From an uncultured bacterium (GTDB lineage Bacteria > Actinomycetota > Thermoleophilia > Solirubrobacterales > 70-9), in contig OY970239.1 in the NCBI GenBank assembly GCA_963715405.1, forward strand, positions 430,481-494,480: DNA of 64,000 nt, read 5' to 3'. Below the pieces are notes generated by a model. The model saw only the letters and a list, made by a program, of their open reading frames with translations, was not told the origin of the DNA and did no database searches. The first letter of the stretch is position 1. Every line of letters begins with the position of its first letter. Made by a program: the position numbers and the translations under genes. This document shows, piece by piece, positions 11,457 to 19,783 of this stretch.

Positions 11457-12670
11457 GCCGATTCCTCCCGACCGAGAATGCGGGCAGCTGCGATCGAAGC
11501 GAAGTACGGGGCAAGCGTCAGCTTCCCGGTGTCGATCGAGTGATAACCACCGCGGCTGAACACGCCTACGGCGTGGCGCTCGTGGAGCTGGCTTCCCCGG
11601 TTCTCGATCCCACTCGCACCCCACGCGGCGATATAGCCCTGAGTCGGCCGCCAAGGCCGGGACGGATCGAGAGCCTCAGCGGCGCCGGGCATCAGTCGCC
11701 GTAGGGCGGTGAGAAACCCATCAAGGAGCCGTTCATAGTCGTGATCGCGGTCTTCGACGTCCCGGCTCGGAGCGAGGGCGAATTCCTGGCTGAGGAGGCC
11801 GGTCGGGTACCAGGAGATGTATGTTGCCTCGGGGTAGCGGACCGTGTCGCCGTACGGCCCGAGCATGAACGTCACCGAGGGAAATTCGGGCGCACCGCCC
11901 GGGTCGGCGGTTCGGAAGCCCAACTTGTACCGGTAGGCCATCGAATGCGATGTCTCCAGTCCCAGCGACGCGTCCACGGCCAGCCGGCCCTCCCACGTGG
12001 CGTTGACGACGGCGTCGTAACGCTCGTGGCGTTGGCATAACCCTCGACGCGGACGGACCTCGATTCCGCCCCCCCCGTGGTCTTCAACTCCGGTGATCTC
12101 CATGCCCATCCGCATTGTCACCCGAGTCGCTGCTCGCAGCGACTCGCGCAGGGCGTGACAGAGAGGCCCGGGGTCGATCGCTCGCTCACGGGTCGTGAAG
12201 GCCGCCTGCACGCGCCGGCGATCGAATATCTCGGCGTGAGCCCCAGGGTCCAACTGTCGCCACAGCGGTCCGGGTGGGCCGACGTAGCCGCCGCCGCCCG
12301 CTTCGGACCGATCAAGCATCGTCTCAACTCGTGAGAAATGCGCCCGGACCTGCTCAACGCTGAGCAAGCTGTCCGGCGGGACAGCGTAGATGAACGGGTC
12401 CGAGATCAGGTCCTGCCAGCGTGAGCTGCTGACCCAACGCTCCAGCAGCGGAACGAAGCTCAGGGCGCCATCAAGCATCAATTTCGCCGTACGACCAGTC
12501 GAGTCCAAACCGTAGACAAGACCGAGATGCAGTTTGCCCTCGCAGTTGAGGCTCGCCCCCGTCAGAGCCTCTGAAGCGCGATCGAACACCTCGACCTCGC
12601 AGCCCGCCTCGGCCAGCTCCAAGGCGACACAGGTGCCCGTGAGTCCGGCGCCGAGAACCGCAACTCTCAA
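11453..12670 (-). CDS. FAD-dependent oxidoreductase (DAO-like)
   Basis: Rossmann dinucleotide motif at the N-terminus ((M)RVAVLGAGLTGTCVALELAEAGCEVEVFD) with a TTG start at 12670. It is a paralogue of 14558..15769. Confidence 0.8.
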   Translation of the reverse strand: MRVAVLGAGLTGTCVALELAEAGCEVEVFDRASEALTGASLNCEGKLHLGLVYGLDSTGRTAKLMLDGALSFVPLLERWVSSSRWQDLISDPFIYAVPPDSLLSVEQVRAHFSRVETMLDRSEAGGGGYVGPPGPLWRQLDPGAHAEIFDRRRVQAAFTTRERAIDPGPLCHALRESLRAATRVTMRMGMEITGVEDHGGGGIEVRPRRGLCQRHERYDAVVNATWEGRLAVDASLGLETSHSMAYRYKLGFRTADPGGAPEFPSVTFMLGPYGDTVRYPEATYISWYPTGLLSQEFALAPSRDVEDRDHDYERLLDGFLTALRRLMPGAAEALDPSRPWRPTQGYIAAWGASGIENRGSQLHERHAVGVFSRGGYHSIDTGKLTLAPYFASIAAARILGREESA

Positions 12671-12965
12671 CGGTTGGACGGTTGTCGACGTTCACGACTC
12701 ACGGGCGGATCTTCGCATCGTAGGAACACAGGCCTCAGCTCCCTCGTGCCAGTGACCGTCGTGAACTCTTGCGGGTTCCACTCCGCGAGAGCTGGTAGAG
12801 CGGCGTCAGCCGCAGCGACCGACGCCCGCCCGGTAGCCCAAGGTCTGGCAGGACCGGGAGCAAATGCTTCCATGTGCGCTTCCATAGGCGCACAATCGCC
12901 GTCCATTGACCGAGCCCAGAACGAGAAAGTCTGTTGATAGCGGGGCTTTTCCCGATGGGCGCGGC

Positions 12966-13110
12966 GGGTTTCGAACCTTCGTCCTCTCGCGTGTGAAGCG
13001 GTGGCGCCTCAGGCACGGATAGGCGTGGTCCGGCGCCTCGGAGTGTGCGGGATGTGCGCGGATGCTTTCGGATATGGGCACCCGAACTCTGCCGGTGCCC
13101 AACGAGGCCG
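12966..13110 (-). repeat. tRNA-Val 3'-half-derived att-like repeat, copy A (full 145-bp form)
   Basis: On the minus strand it reads GGGCACC-11nt-GGTGCCC hairpin (13086-13110), then GGATG/GGATA repeats at 13060, 13070 and 13080 (+ coordinates), then CGCTTCACACGCGAGAGGACGAAGGTTCGAAACCCGCCGCGCCCA. That last part is an anticodon loop through acceptor end of a tRNA-Val. No 5' tRNA half is present. Confidence 0.85.
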
Positions 13111-13161
13111 CCGGCGTTGCCCTCCGGTCTCGACTCGGCTGTTATAGCGTCGTCGTCGCCG

Positions 13162-13569
13162 ATGCCAACCGCCGCCAGCCTTCGATCAGACGGGCCAATT
13201 CTGTTTCCGATCCCACGCAGCGAGGATGCGCGGGGGGCGTTATTGCCGATCGAGTTCTCAACGCTCCCCTTCCAGCCGCGCCGGACGTTCGTGGTCACGG
13301 ACGTCCCGCCGGGGACCACGCGCGGCGGCCACGCCCACGCACGAGGGCAGCAGCTCTTGGTCTGCGTCGCCGGCGCCGTCCGAGTTGAGCTTCGCAGCGG
13401 CACGGCTCCAGAGACGGTCACGCTCGATCGGGCCGATCGAGGGCTACTTCTCGAAGCGGGCGTCTGGGCGGCTCAAACCTATGAGGAGGCTGGAACCGTG
13501 CTGCTCGTCCTGGCGAGCGAACCCTTTGCTGACGTTTCCTACCTGAACGATCCGCCCGTCAGCGACTGA
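13162..13569 (+). CDS. Cupin, WxcM/FdtA-like sugar 3,4-ketoisomerase family
   Basis: LFPIPRSEDARGALLPIEF...FVVTDVPPGTTRGGHAHARGQQLLVCVAGAVRVEL...VWAAQTYEE matches the FdtA/WxcM-like domain pattern. The ATG at 13162 is chosen because the upstream part of the track ORF lies inside repeat A. Confidence 0.7.
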   Translation: MPTAASLRSDGPILFPIPRSEDARGALLPIEFSTLPFQPRRTFVVTDVPPGTTRGGHAHARGQQLLVCVAGAVRVELRSGTAPETVTLDRADRGLLLEAGVWAAQTYEEAGTVLLVLASEPFADVSYLNDPPVSD

Positions 13570-13580
13570 GCCCGCCCTCG

Positions 13581-14564
13581 GTGACCGAACCCGACGTGAC
13601 GATCTGTATTCCGGCCTGGCAGGCGGAGAGCTTCATCGACCGGACCCTCAGCTGCGCGCGGAGCCAGACGCACTCGAGGCTTCGCATTGTCGTCTCGGTA
13701 GATCAGAGCGACGACGCCACCGTCGCGATCTGCCGCGCGCACGCGGGCGAGGACTCGCGAATCGAGGTCTTCGCCCAGCCAGAGCGCCTCGGGTGGTCGG
13801 AGAACGCGAATTTCCTTCTCGACCGGGTTGAGACCGAGTTCTATTTTCTCTACTTCCACGACGACATCATTGAACCGACGTACACCGAACGGCTCCGCCG
13901 CGCCCTGATGGATCACCCGGAGGCCAAGTCGGCCCATTGCGATCTCCAGCACTTCGGCATGATGGACCATGTCGCTCCGGGCGCCACCTACTCCGGCTCG
14001 GCCGACCGGCGCATGGTCCAGTTCCTGGTCGCGCCCGTGAAGGGCGCTCCGCTGCGAAGCATGACGCGGACCGAGCTCGTTGGCCGTGGGCTCTGCTTTC
14101 CGGCGATTGGCGAAAACGGCCCCTGGCGCTGCTATCCGTTCGTCCTTCAGCTGTTCGGCGAGGGGAACGCCGTGGGTGTGCCGGAGATCCTCTATCGGCG
14201 CTGGATGCGCGAAGGCAGCATGACCAAGAGCTGGCAGCCGAGGGAGATGGCGACGCTGATTGAGGGCCAGCGCGAGAGCGCTCGACTTTGCCTGCAGATA
14301 CTCGAGCGCTACGGTGATCCGGCGGAGCGGGAGCTGACTCGATTTTGCGTCTACGTGTTCCACCTGACGCCCATCCGTACCCGGGAGCTGAACATGCCCC
14401 GCCAGCCACCGGTAGACCCGGCCGTGATCTCTCCGGCGTTCGCCGATTGCGCCGATTACGGCCTTCCCGATTCCCTCGTCGAGCAGCCTCCCGACTTCCA
14501 GGAATGGGTACGGGCCGCATACCGGGAGCTCCAGCGCCTCGAGCGCGCACAAGTGGCGTGCTGA
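13581..14564 (+). CDS. Family-2 glycosyltransferase
   Basis: VTICIPAWQAESFIDRTLSCARSQTHSRLRIVVSVDQSDD...YFHDDIIEP. It is a paralogue of the N-terminal domain of 10245..11456. GTG start. Confidence 0.8.
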   Translation: MTEPDVTICIPAWQAESFIDRTLSCARSQTHSRLRIVVSVDQSDDATVAICRAHAGEDSRIEVFAQPERLGWSENANFLLDRVETEFYFLYFHDDIIEPTYTERLRRALMDHPEAKSAHCDLQHFGMMDHVAPGATYSGSADRRMVQFLVAPVKGAPLRSMTRTELVGRGLCFPAIGENGPWRCYPFVLQLFGEGNAVGVPEILYRRWMREGSMTKSWQPREMATLIEGQRESARLCLQILERYGDPAERELTRFCVYVFHLTPIRTRELNMPRQPPVDPAVISPAFADCADYGLPDSLVEQPPDFQEWVRAAYRELQRLERAQVAC

Positions 14565-15769
14565 ACGTCGCAGTTCTCGGAGCCGGAATCATGGGCGGCT
14601 CGACCGCACTGTGCCTTGCTCGCCGGGGCGTCAAGGTAACGCTGTTCGACGCGGCCGAGCGCCCGTTCGAAGGTGCGAGCCGCTGGAATGAAGGAAAAAT
14701 CCATCTCGGTCATCTCTACGCGGCTGATCCATCGCTTGAGACGGCTCGGCGCCTGCTTCCGGGTGGCCTCGCCTTCAGGCGGATCACGGAGAGTTTGATC
14801 GGCTGCTCGCTCGACGGTCAGATCACGCCTGAGGACGACATCTATCTCGTGCATCGCCACTCGGTCCTCGGGGCTGACGAAACCGGTCGCTACCTACGCG
14901 CCGTGACGGCCCTTGTCCGCGATGACTCCGAGGCTCGTCACTACCTCGCCGACGCCAGCAGCGCTCGGGTTACGGCGTTGACTCGACGCGAGCTTTGCGC
15001 CGATTACGACTCGTCGACCGTGGTGGCGGGCTTCCGAGTACCTGAGCGATCGGTTTCAACAGCATGGGTGGCCGACCGATTCGTCGATGCCCTCAACTCC
15101 ACCCCAGGCATCGAGCTAGCGATGCGAACGCCGGTCCGGGGGGTTCGAAGGTGCGGCCTCGCGCCCGATGATCCGCTGCTGGTGGACACGGCGTCTGACC
15201 CTGCGGGCCCTTTCGCGTCTGTCGTCAACTGCCTCTGGGAAAACAGACTGCTGATCGATATTGGAATGGGGCTGCCCGTCCCCGCGGAGCGCACGCACCG
15301 CTTTCGCATGTCGGCATTCGTGCGCACCCGCGTGCCGGTGTCGCTGTCGAGCGCAGTGCTGGTCACCGGCCCGTTCGGTGACGTCAAGAACTACAACGGA
15401 CGGAACCTCTACCTGTCTTGGTATCCAGCCGGACTGGTTGCCGAGGGCGTAAATGTGGGGCCACCAAGGCTGCCCGCACTTACCCCGGGTGATAAGGGCC
15501 GGATCGCAGGCGAGACGATCGCCCGGCTCGGGGCGATGATCTCCGGGATTGCCGAGGTTGAAGACGCCGCCGAAGAAATCGATGTGCGAGGGGGTTGGGT
15601 CTATGCGTCCGGTCGCGGCGCATTGGCGCAGCGCAGCTCAACCCTGCACCGGCGCGACCGAATCGGGATTCGTCGCTCGGGGTCGTATATATCAGTCGAC
15701 ACGGGCAAGTACTCGATCGCGCCATGGCTGGCCGAGGAGATCGCCCGGTTCCTCCAGCGATCCGCTTGA
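14558..15769 (+). CDS. FAD-dependent oxidoreductase (DAO-like)
   Basis: VLNVAVLGAGIMGGSTALCLARRGVKVTLFD Rossmann motif. A GTG at 14558 overlaps the GT2 stop by 7 nt. It is a paralogue of 11453..12670. Confidence 0.8.
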   Translation: MLNVAVLGAGIMGGSTALCLARRGVKVTLFDAAERPFEGASRWNEGKIHLGHLYAADPSLETARRLLPGGLAFRRITESLIGCSLDGQITPEDDIYLVHRHSVLGADETGRYLRAVTALVRDDSEARHYLADASSARVTALTRRELCADYDSSTVVAGFRVPERSVSTAWVADRFVDALNSTPGIELAMRTPVRGVRRCGLAPDDPLLVDTASDPAGPFASVVNCLWENRLLIDIGMGLPVPAERTHRFRMSAFVRTRVPVSLSSAVLVTGPFGDVKNYNGRNLYLSWYPAGLVAEGVNVGPPRLPALTPGDKGRIAGETIARLGAMISGIAEVEDAAEEIDVRGGWVYASGRGALAQRSSTLHRRDRIGIRRSGSYISVDTGKYSIAPWLAEEIARFLQRSA

Positions 15770-15821
15770 ACGCCAGGAAGGCTTGCGATAATGGCCGCGC
15801 AGTATCTCGCAACGGCAGTGA

Positions 15822-15866
15822 TGGGCGCGGCGGGTTTCGAACCTGCGACCTCTCGCGTGTGAAGCG
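15822..15866 (-). repeat. tRNA-Val 3'-half-derived att-like repeat, copy B (core plus 3' half only)
   Basis: The minus strand reads CGCTTCACACGCGAGAGGTCGCAGGTTCGAAACCCGCCGCGCCCA. Similarity to copies A, C and D stops 3 nt past the anticodon loop, and the flank beyond that is unrelated. Confidence 0.85.
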
Positions 15867-15905
15867 TCGAGAGATCCCGCTAGGGCAGCCGATTCGTGAC
15901 TGGGA

Positions 15906-15949
15906 GGCCTAATCCGGTTCGGTTCGATTGGCCTCGATTAGGTTCGGTT
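15906..15949. repeat. Two imperfect direct repeats (GGCCT-N5/6-GGTTCGGTT) flanking copy B
   Basis: ggcctaatccggttcggtt (15906-15924) and ggcctcgattaggttcggtt (15930-15949). They also contain the inverted pair CCTAATC (15908-15914) / GATTAGG (15936-15942). Confidence 0.5.
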
Positions 15950-16278
15950 TGGGCAGACGAGGCATTGTCTGCCCGTTGGGGTGGCGCCATGGACAGAGAT
16001 GAAATGGTCAGGGGTACTCGAGGGCTGCGAGAGACGGTTGATGCCAACCGGCAAATCAAGGGACGGTCCCCGAGCTGCTCGGCCAATTCGGTGATTGCCG
16101 AGCTTCGCCCCGACGTCGCGACCTACCTTGAAACATCGCCAGCCCGTACCCGATTCGGCGGAAGCGAAGGCGCGGGGTCGGCTCGCAGCCAGCCTTCGCC
16201 GACCGAAAGTGATTGGGCACCAGCGGTGCCCCAGCTGCGCCCATCCGTTCTTGGCCTGTTCGAGGTCGTGTCCGAGCG

Positions 16279-16902
16279 TCACCCATCCATCACGGACTCG
16301 ACGAGAGTGCGGACCGCTTCGACCTCTTCGTCGCGAACGCGATGCTCACCGGGCCCCGCAATCAGGAGGTCCACCTCCGCGCCCGCCGCCCGCAGCGCCT
16401 GGGCGGCCACGCGGACGTCCTCGGGGTCGACCCAGCTATCCGCCTCGGCGCCGGTCAGGAGCGCGCGGACACCGGCGAGCGAGCCGCCGGAGGGAAACCG
16501 CACGTCGTCGGCGCCGATCAGGCAGCCGCAGAGCGAGACCACAGCGCCGAGCGGGCGCGGCGCTGTCGCGAGGAAGTCGAGGGCGATGCACGCGCCCTGC
16601 GAGAAGCCGCCGAGGATGATCCGCTCGGGCGGCACGCCCCGGGCGGCGAGGTCGTCGAGCGCGGAGCCGATCTGGCCGTGCGCGCGGCCAAGCCCCGGCT
16701 CGTTGACCGACCGCGGGTCGAAGTATCGCTGGGGGTACCACGAGTTCTTTGCGGCAGCCGGCGCGACGAGCGCGAGGCCGGGCAATCCCAGGCGTGCCGC
16801 GAGTCGCTCGGGCGCCTCGGGCCTCTCGCCGCGACCGTGCAAGAACACGAGCGTCGCCGCCGCCTCCTCGGGGCTGGTTGTCACCGGCGCATCGTACGGC
16901 AC
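16279..16902 (-). CDS. Alpha/beta hydrolase, phospholipase/carboxylesterase family
   Basis: TLVFLHGRGE...IILGGFSQGACIALDF (GxSxG nucleophile elbow)...GPGEHRV. The start is uncertain; a GTG at 16902 is proposed because the longer track ORF overlaps the divergent ATP-grasp gene. Confidence 0.7.
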   Translation of the reverse strand: MPYDAPVTTSPEEAAATLVFLHGRGERPEAPERLAARLGLPGLALVAPAAAKNSWYPQRYFDPRSVNEPGLGRAHGQIGSALDDLAARGVPPERIILGGFSQGACIALDFLATAPRPLGAVVSLCGCLIGADDVRFPSGGSLAGVRALLTGAEADSWVDPEDVRVAAQALRAAGAEVDLLIAGPGEHRVRDEEVEAVRTLVESVMDG

Positions 16903-16947
16903 CCGAAGCGGCCCCGGACCAAGTGTGGGAATGTGTCCCTTGAGGAA

Positions 16948-18156
16948 ATGCCCGTGACCAGCGACCGCCCACCGATTCCCGCCATCGTGTTCGGCGGCGA
17001 CGTCACGGGCCTCGCGGCCGTGCGGGCACTCGGGCGCGCCGGCGTGACGGTGCTCGTGCCGCAGCCCGCCCATCCGTTAGTCCGCGGGTCGCGCTGGCAC
17101 CGACCGCTCCACGGCGCACCGCCCGAGGGGAGCGCCGGCGGCGAGCTCGCGGCCTGGCTTGGCGGGCTCCCCTACGGACGCAGCGTCCTCTTCCCGTGCT
17201 CCGATTCGTGGGCGACGACGGTCGCCGCCCTGCCGGCCGCGGTCACTGCCGCCCACGTCCCGGTCGCGCCGCGGAACGCCGCGCTCGAGCGCCTCGTCGA
17301 CAAGGCGCGCTTCGCCGACGCCGTCGCGGAGCTCGGCGTCCCGGCCCCGCGGACCGTGCGAGCGCAAACGGCGGCGGACCTCGCCGCGCTCTCCGACGAG
17401 GAACTCAGCGGCTCGTTCCTGAAGCCCGTCGACTCACAGGCGTTCTCGGCGCGGCACGGCGTGAAGGGGCTTCGCCCTGCCGACCGGGCCGAGGCTGCCG
17501 CGCTGCTCGCCGCGCTAGCCGCCGAGGGGCTCGAGGTGGTCGTGCAGGAGCTCATCCCCGGCCCGCCGGACGCGCACCTCTTCGTCGACGGCTACGTCGA
17601 TCGCGCCGGTACCCTGCGCGCCTGCCTCGCGCGCCGGCGTCTGCGGATGTTCCCGCCGGGGCTCGGCAACAGCACCCTCTCGGAGACGATCATGCTCGAA
17701 GACGCCGCCGATGCGGTCGCCGCGGTCGAGCGGCTTTTCGCCGGGATCGGCTTCACTGGCCTCTTCGACGCGGAGTTCAAGCGGGACGAGCGGGACGGGG
17801 TCGCGAAGATCCTCGAGGTGAACGCGCGGCCGTGGTGGCAGCTCGGCCTCGCAGCCGCGGCCGGCCTAGACCTCGTGCTCCTCGCGTACCGCGACGCCGC
17901 AGGGGGCGAACCGCCACCCTCCGAGCGCTACCGGGTCGGGGTGCGCTGGGTCCACCCGGTTCCCGACGCGCGCGCGTGGTGGCGGTCGCGCGGTAGGGGC
18001 GGCAATCCCGGACTACCGGTCCGAGCGTGGCTCGGACCGGGCAACGCTGTCTGGAACCGGGACGACCCGCGGCCGCTGCTTGCGGAGCTCGCGAGGATGC
18101 TGAAGCGGCTCCGCAGGCATTACAGGCAGCGTGACTCGAATCCAGCTCCGCCCTGA
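16948..18156 (+). CDS. ATP-grasp domain protein (carboxylate-amine ligase type)
   Basis: From MPVTSDRPPIPAIVFGGDVTGLAAVRALGRAGVTVLV; ATP-grasp core ...FLKPVDSQ...VVQELIPG...FDAEFKRDERDGVAKILEVNARPW. The upstream 245 codons of the track ORF are antisense to the esterase gene. Confidence 0.75.
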   Translation: MPVTSDRPPIPAIVFGGDVTGLAAVRALGRAGVTVLVPQPAHPLVRGSRWHRPLHGAPPEGSAGGELAAWLGGLPYGRSVLFPCSDSWATTVAALPAAVTAAHVPVAPRNAALERLVDKARFADAVAELGVPAPRTVRAQTAADLAALSDEELSGSFLKPVDSQAFSARHGVKGLRPADRAEAAALLAALAAEGLEVVVQELIPGPPDAHLFVDGYVDRAGTLRACLARRRLRMFPPGLGNSTLSETIMLEDAADAVAAVERLFAGIGFTGLFDAEFKRDERDGVAKILEVNARPWWQLGLAAAAGLDLVLLAYRDAAGGEPPPSERYRVGVRWVHPVPDARAWWRSRGRGGNPGLPVRAWLGPGNAVWNRDDPRPLLAELARMLKRLRRHYRQRDSNPAPP

Positions 18157-18440
18157 CGCCGTCGCAGATCAAGCGGGCTATTTGGCGTTTCGATGTATCC
18201 GGAAGCGAACTTGCCGTCTTGCCAGAGCCGCTCCAAGCATGCCGCGAGGATCGTTATCCCAGTCGGGCTACAGAAGACCGTCGAAGTCATGTCGAGGTGG
18301 AGACGTAGTTCGCGTGCCTCCGATCCGGCTTTCATCACGGGTTCAAGTTGGTCGAGAACCTTGCCTACATGAGCAAACGTGAGCCTGTTCGGCGCCTTGC
18401 AAACCATCGTTTCCATGGTCTCTGGGTCGCGCTTAGCCAT
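18120..18440 (-). CDS. Hypothetical protein (weak STAS-like pattern)
   Basis: 106-aa ORF. LHLDMTSTVFCSPTGITILAACLERL resembles the STAS / anti-sigma-antagonist core. Its 3' end overlaps the ATP-grasp 3' end by 37 nt. Confidence 0.35.
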   Translation of the reverse strand: MAKRDPETMETMVCKAPNRLTFAHVGKVLDQLEPVMKAGSEARELRLHLDMTSTVFCSPTGITILAACLERLWQDGKFASGYIETPNSPLDLRRRQGGAGFESRCL

Positions 18441-18540
18441 TCAGTGGCACGGTTGCGGCTGGGCAAACACGGGCAGACTCCGCCTGAGGCCATGCCCTGA
18501 ACTCACGCTAATCCTCCTCGAGACCGCTTACCTAAGCCAT

Positions 18541-18685
18541 GGGGCGCGGCGGGTTTCGAACCTGCGGCCTCTCGCGTGTGAAGCGGTGGTGCCTCAGGCA
18601 CGGATAGGCGTCGATGGGGCCATCGGATGCATGCGGATGTACGCGGATGCCCTTGGATGCGGGCACCAGAATGGCGCGGGTGCCC
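18541..18685 (-). repeat. tRNA-Val 3'-half-derived att-like repeat, copy C (full 145-bp form)
   Basis: tRNA 3' half at 18541-18590. GGATG at 18625, 18635, 18645 and 18655 (exact 10-bp phasing), plus GGATA at 18602. Hairpin GGGCACC (18661-18667) / GGTGCCC (18679-18685) with an 11-nt loop. Confidence 0.85.
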
Positions 18686-18824
18686 GATCGCCGAGACGGC
18701 TGTAACTGCCCCGACTGTCGGAGGATTCCAGGGCCTTTCCCGATGCTGGTCGTCAATTCAGCAGGAACGAAGGCAAGGACACCTGGAGTCCCTGGAATGA
18801 GCTGATCGTTGCCGATCAGGAGGG

Positions 18825-19712
18825 CTACGCGCCGCGGGTGATGGCGGCGATCGTGCGAGCAGCTGCCATCATGTCGCTCTCCAGCATCACGGCGCCTAGC
18901 CGGGCTGCGATGTCTGCGCTGGCGCCGGCACCGGCGATCGTAAGGAGGGTTTCGGTGCCCAGCGGGCGGAGCGCCTCAACGGCGTCTTCGAACGGGCCGG
19001 GTGCCAGCGCGGCGAGCACCAGGACGTCTGGTTGGGTTGCGGACACTGTGCTGGGCAGTTCGTTCGCGGGTGTGTCCTGCCCGACGTAGACGATGCGCCA
19101 GCCCTGACGCCAGAGGATCAGGCCGAAGCAGATGAGACCGATGTCGTGCTGTTCGCCCGACGGACACGCCAGGACGGCGGTGCGCCCCGACCCTGACGAC
19201 CAGCCGCGAGCAAGCGCCAACAGTCTGGCCCGGAGGAGGGTCGAGGCAAAATGCTCCTGGGCGACGCTGATCTCTCCTCGCTCCCAGTCGTGGCCGATCT
19301 CTCGAAGACAGGGCAAGATGGTGCGTGTCAAGACCTCCTCTAGCGAGTTGAGAGCGAAGGCGCGGTCAAGGGTTTCGTGGACCGCGCCCTCGTCGAACAG
19401 GGCCAGCTGATCCCTTAGCTCCAACGCCGCTCCGTCTGCGCCGGCCCTTCCGGAGGCTCGACCGACCTGCATCGGCGTTTCCTCGGCGAGTGCCAACTGT
19501 GCGGCTTCGGCAGCGGCAAGGCCGCGGGCAAGGTGGCCCTTCATGGCCCAAACGCGAGCGACGTCCGCCAGCGAATAGAGCCGGAAGTTTCCTTCCGACC
19601 GACGCGGCTTGAGGAGGCCGTAGCGCTTCTCCCAGGCGCGGAGGAGCGCGGGCTCTACGTCCACGCGGCGGCTCAGTTCGCCGATCCGAAGCTGGGGGTT
19701 GGTCTCGGGCAT
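18825..19712 (-). CDS. carH: CarH/LitR-type MerR-family regulator with B12-binding domain (putative AdoCbl photoreceptor)
   Basis: MerR HTH (LRIGELSRRVDVEPALLRAWEKRYGLLKPRRSEGNFRLYS). Wx9EH motif (WERGEISVAQEH). ExHxxG B12 lower-ligand motif (GEQHDIG) within a Rossmann-like C-terminal domain. Confidence 0.85.
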   Translation of the reverse strand: MPETNPQLRIGELSRRVDVEPALLRAWEKRYGLLKPRRSEGNFRLYSLADVARVWAMKGHLARGLAAAEAAQLALAEETPMQVGRASGRAGADGAALELRDQLALFDEGAVHETLDRAFALNSLEEVLTRTILPCLREIGHDWERGEISVAQEHFASTLLRARLLALARGWSSGSGRTAVLACPSGEQHDIGLICFGLILWRQGWRIVYVGQDTPANELPSTVSATQPDVLVLAALAPGPFEDAVEALRPLGTETLLTIAGAGASADIAARLGAVMLESDMMAAARTIAAITRGA

Positions 19713-19783
19713 AAACAGAATGTAGACAGTCTCTGCTGCGTTGTTGCCTCCCCCCGTCGTTACGCGGGTTATTCCACTCTGCT

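Noticed and set aside
18133-18143. GACTCGAATCC T-loop-like motif at the 3' end of the ATP-grasp gene, considered as another tRNA fragment
   Set aside because: The flanking bases cannot form a T stem (2 of 5 pairs). There is no acceptor-like sequence or core similarity to the other repeats. It is probably chance.
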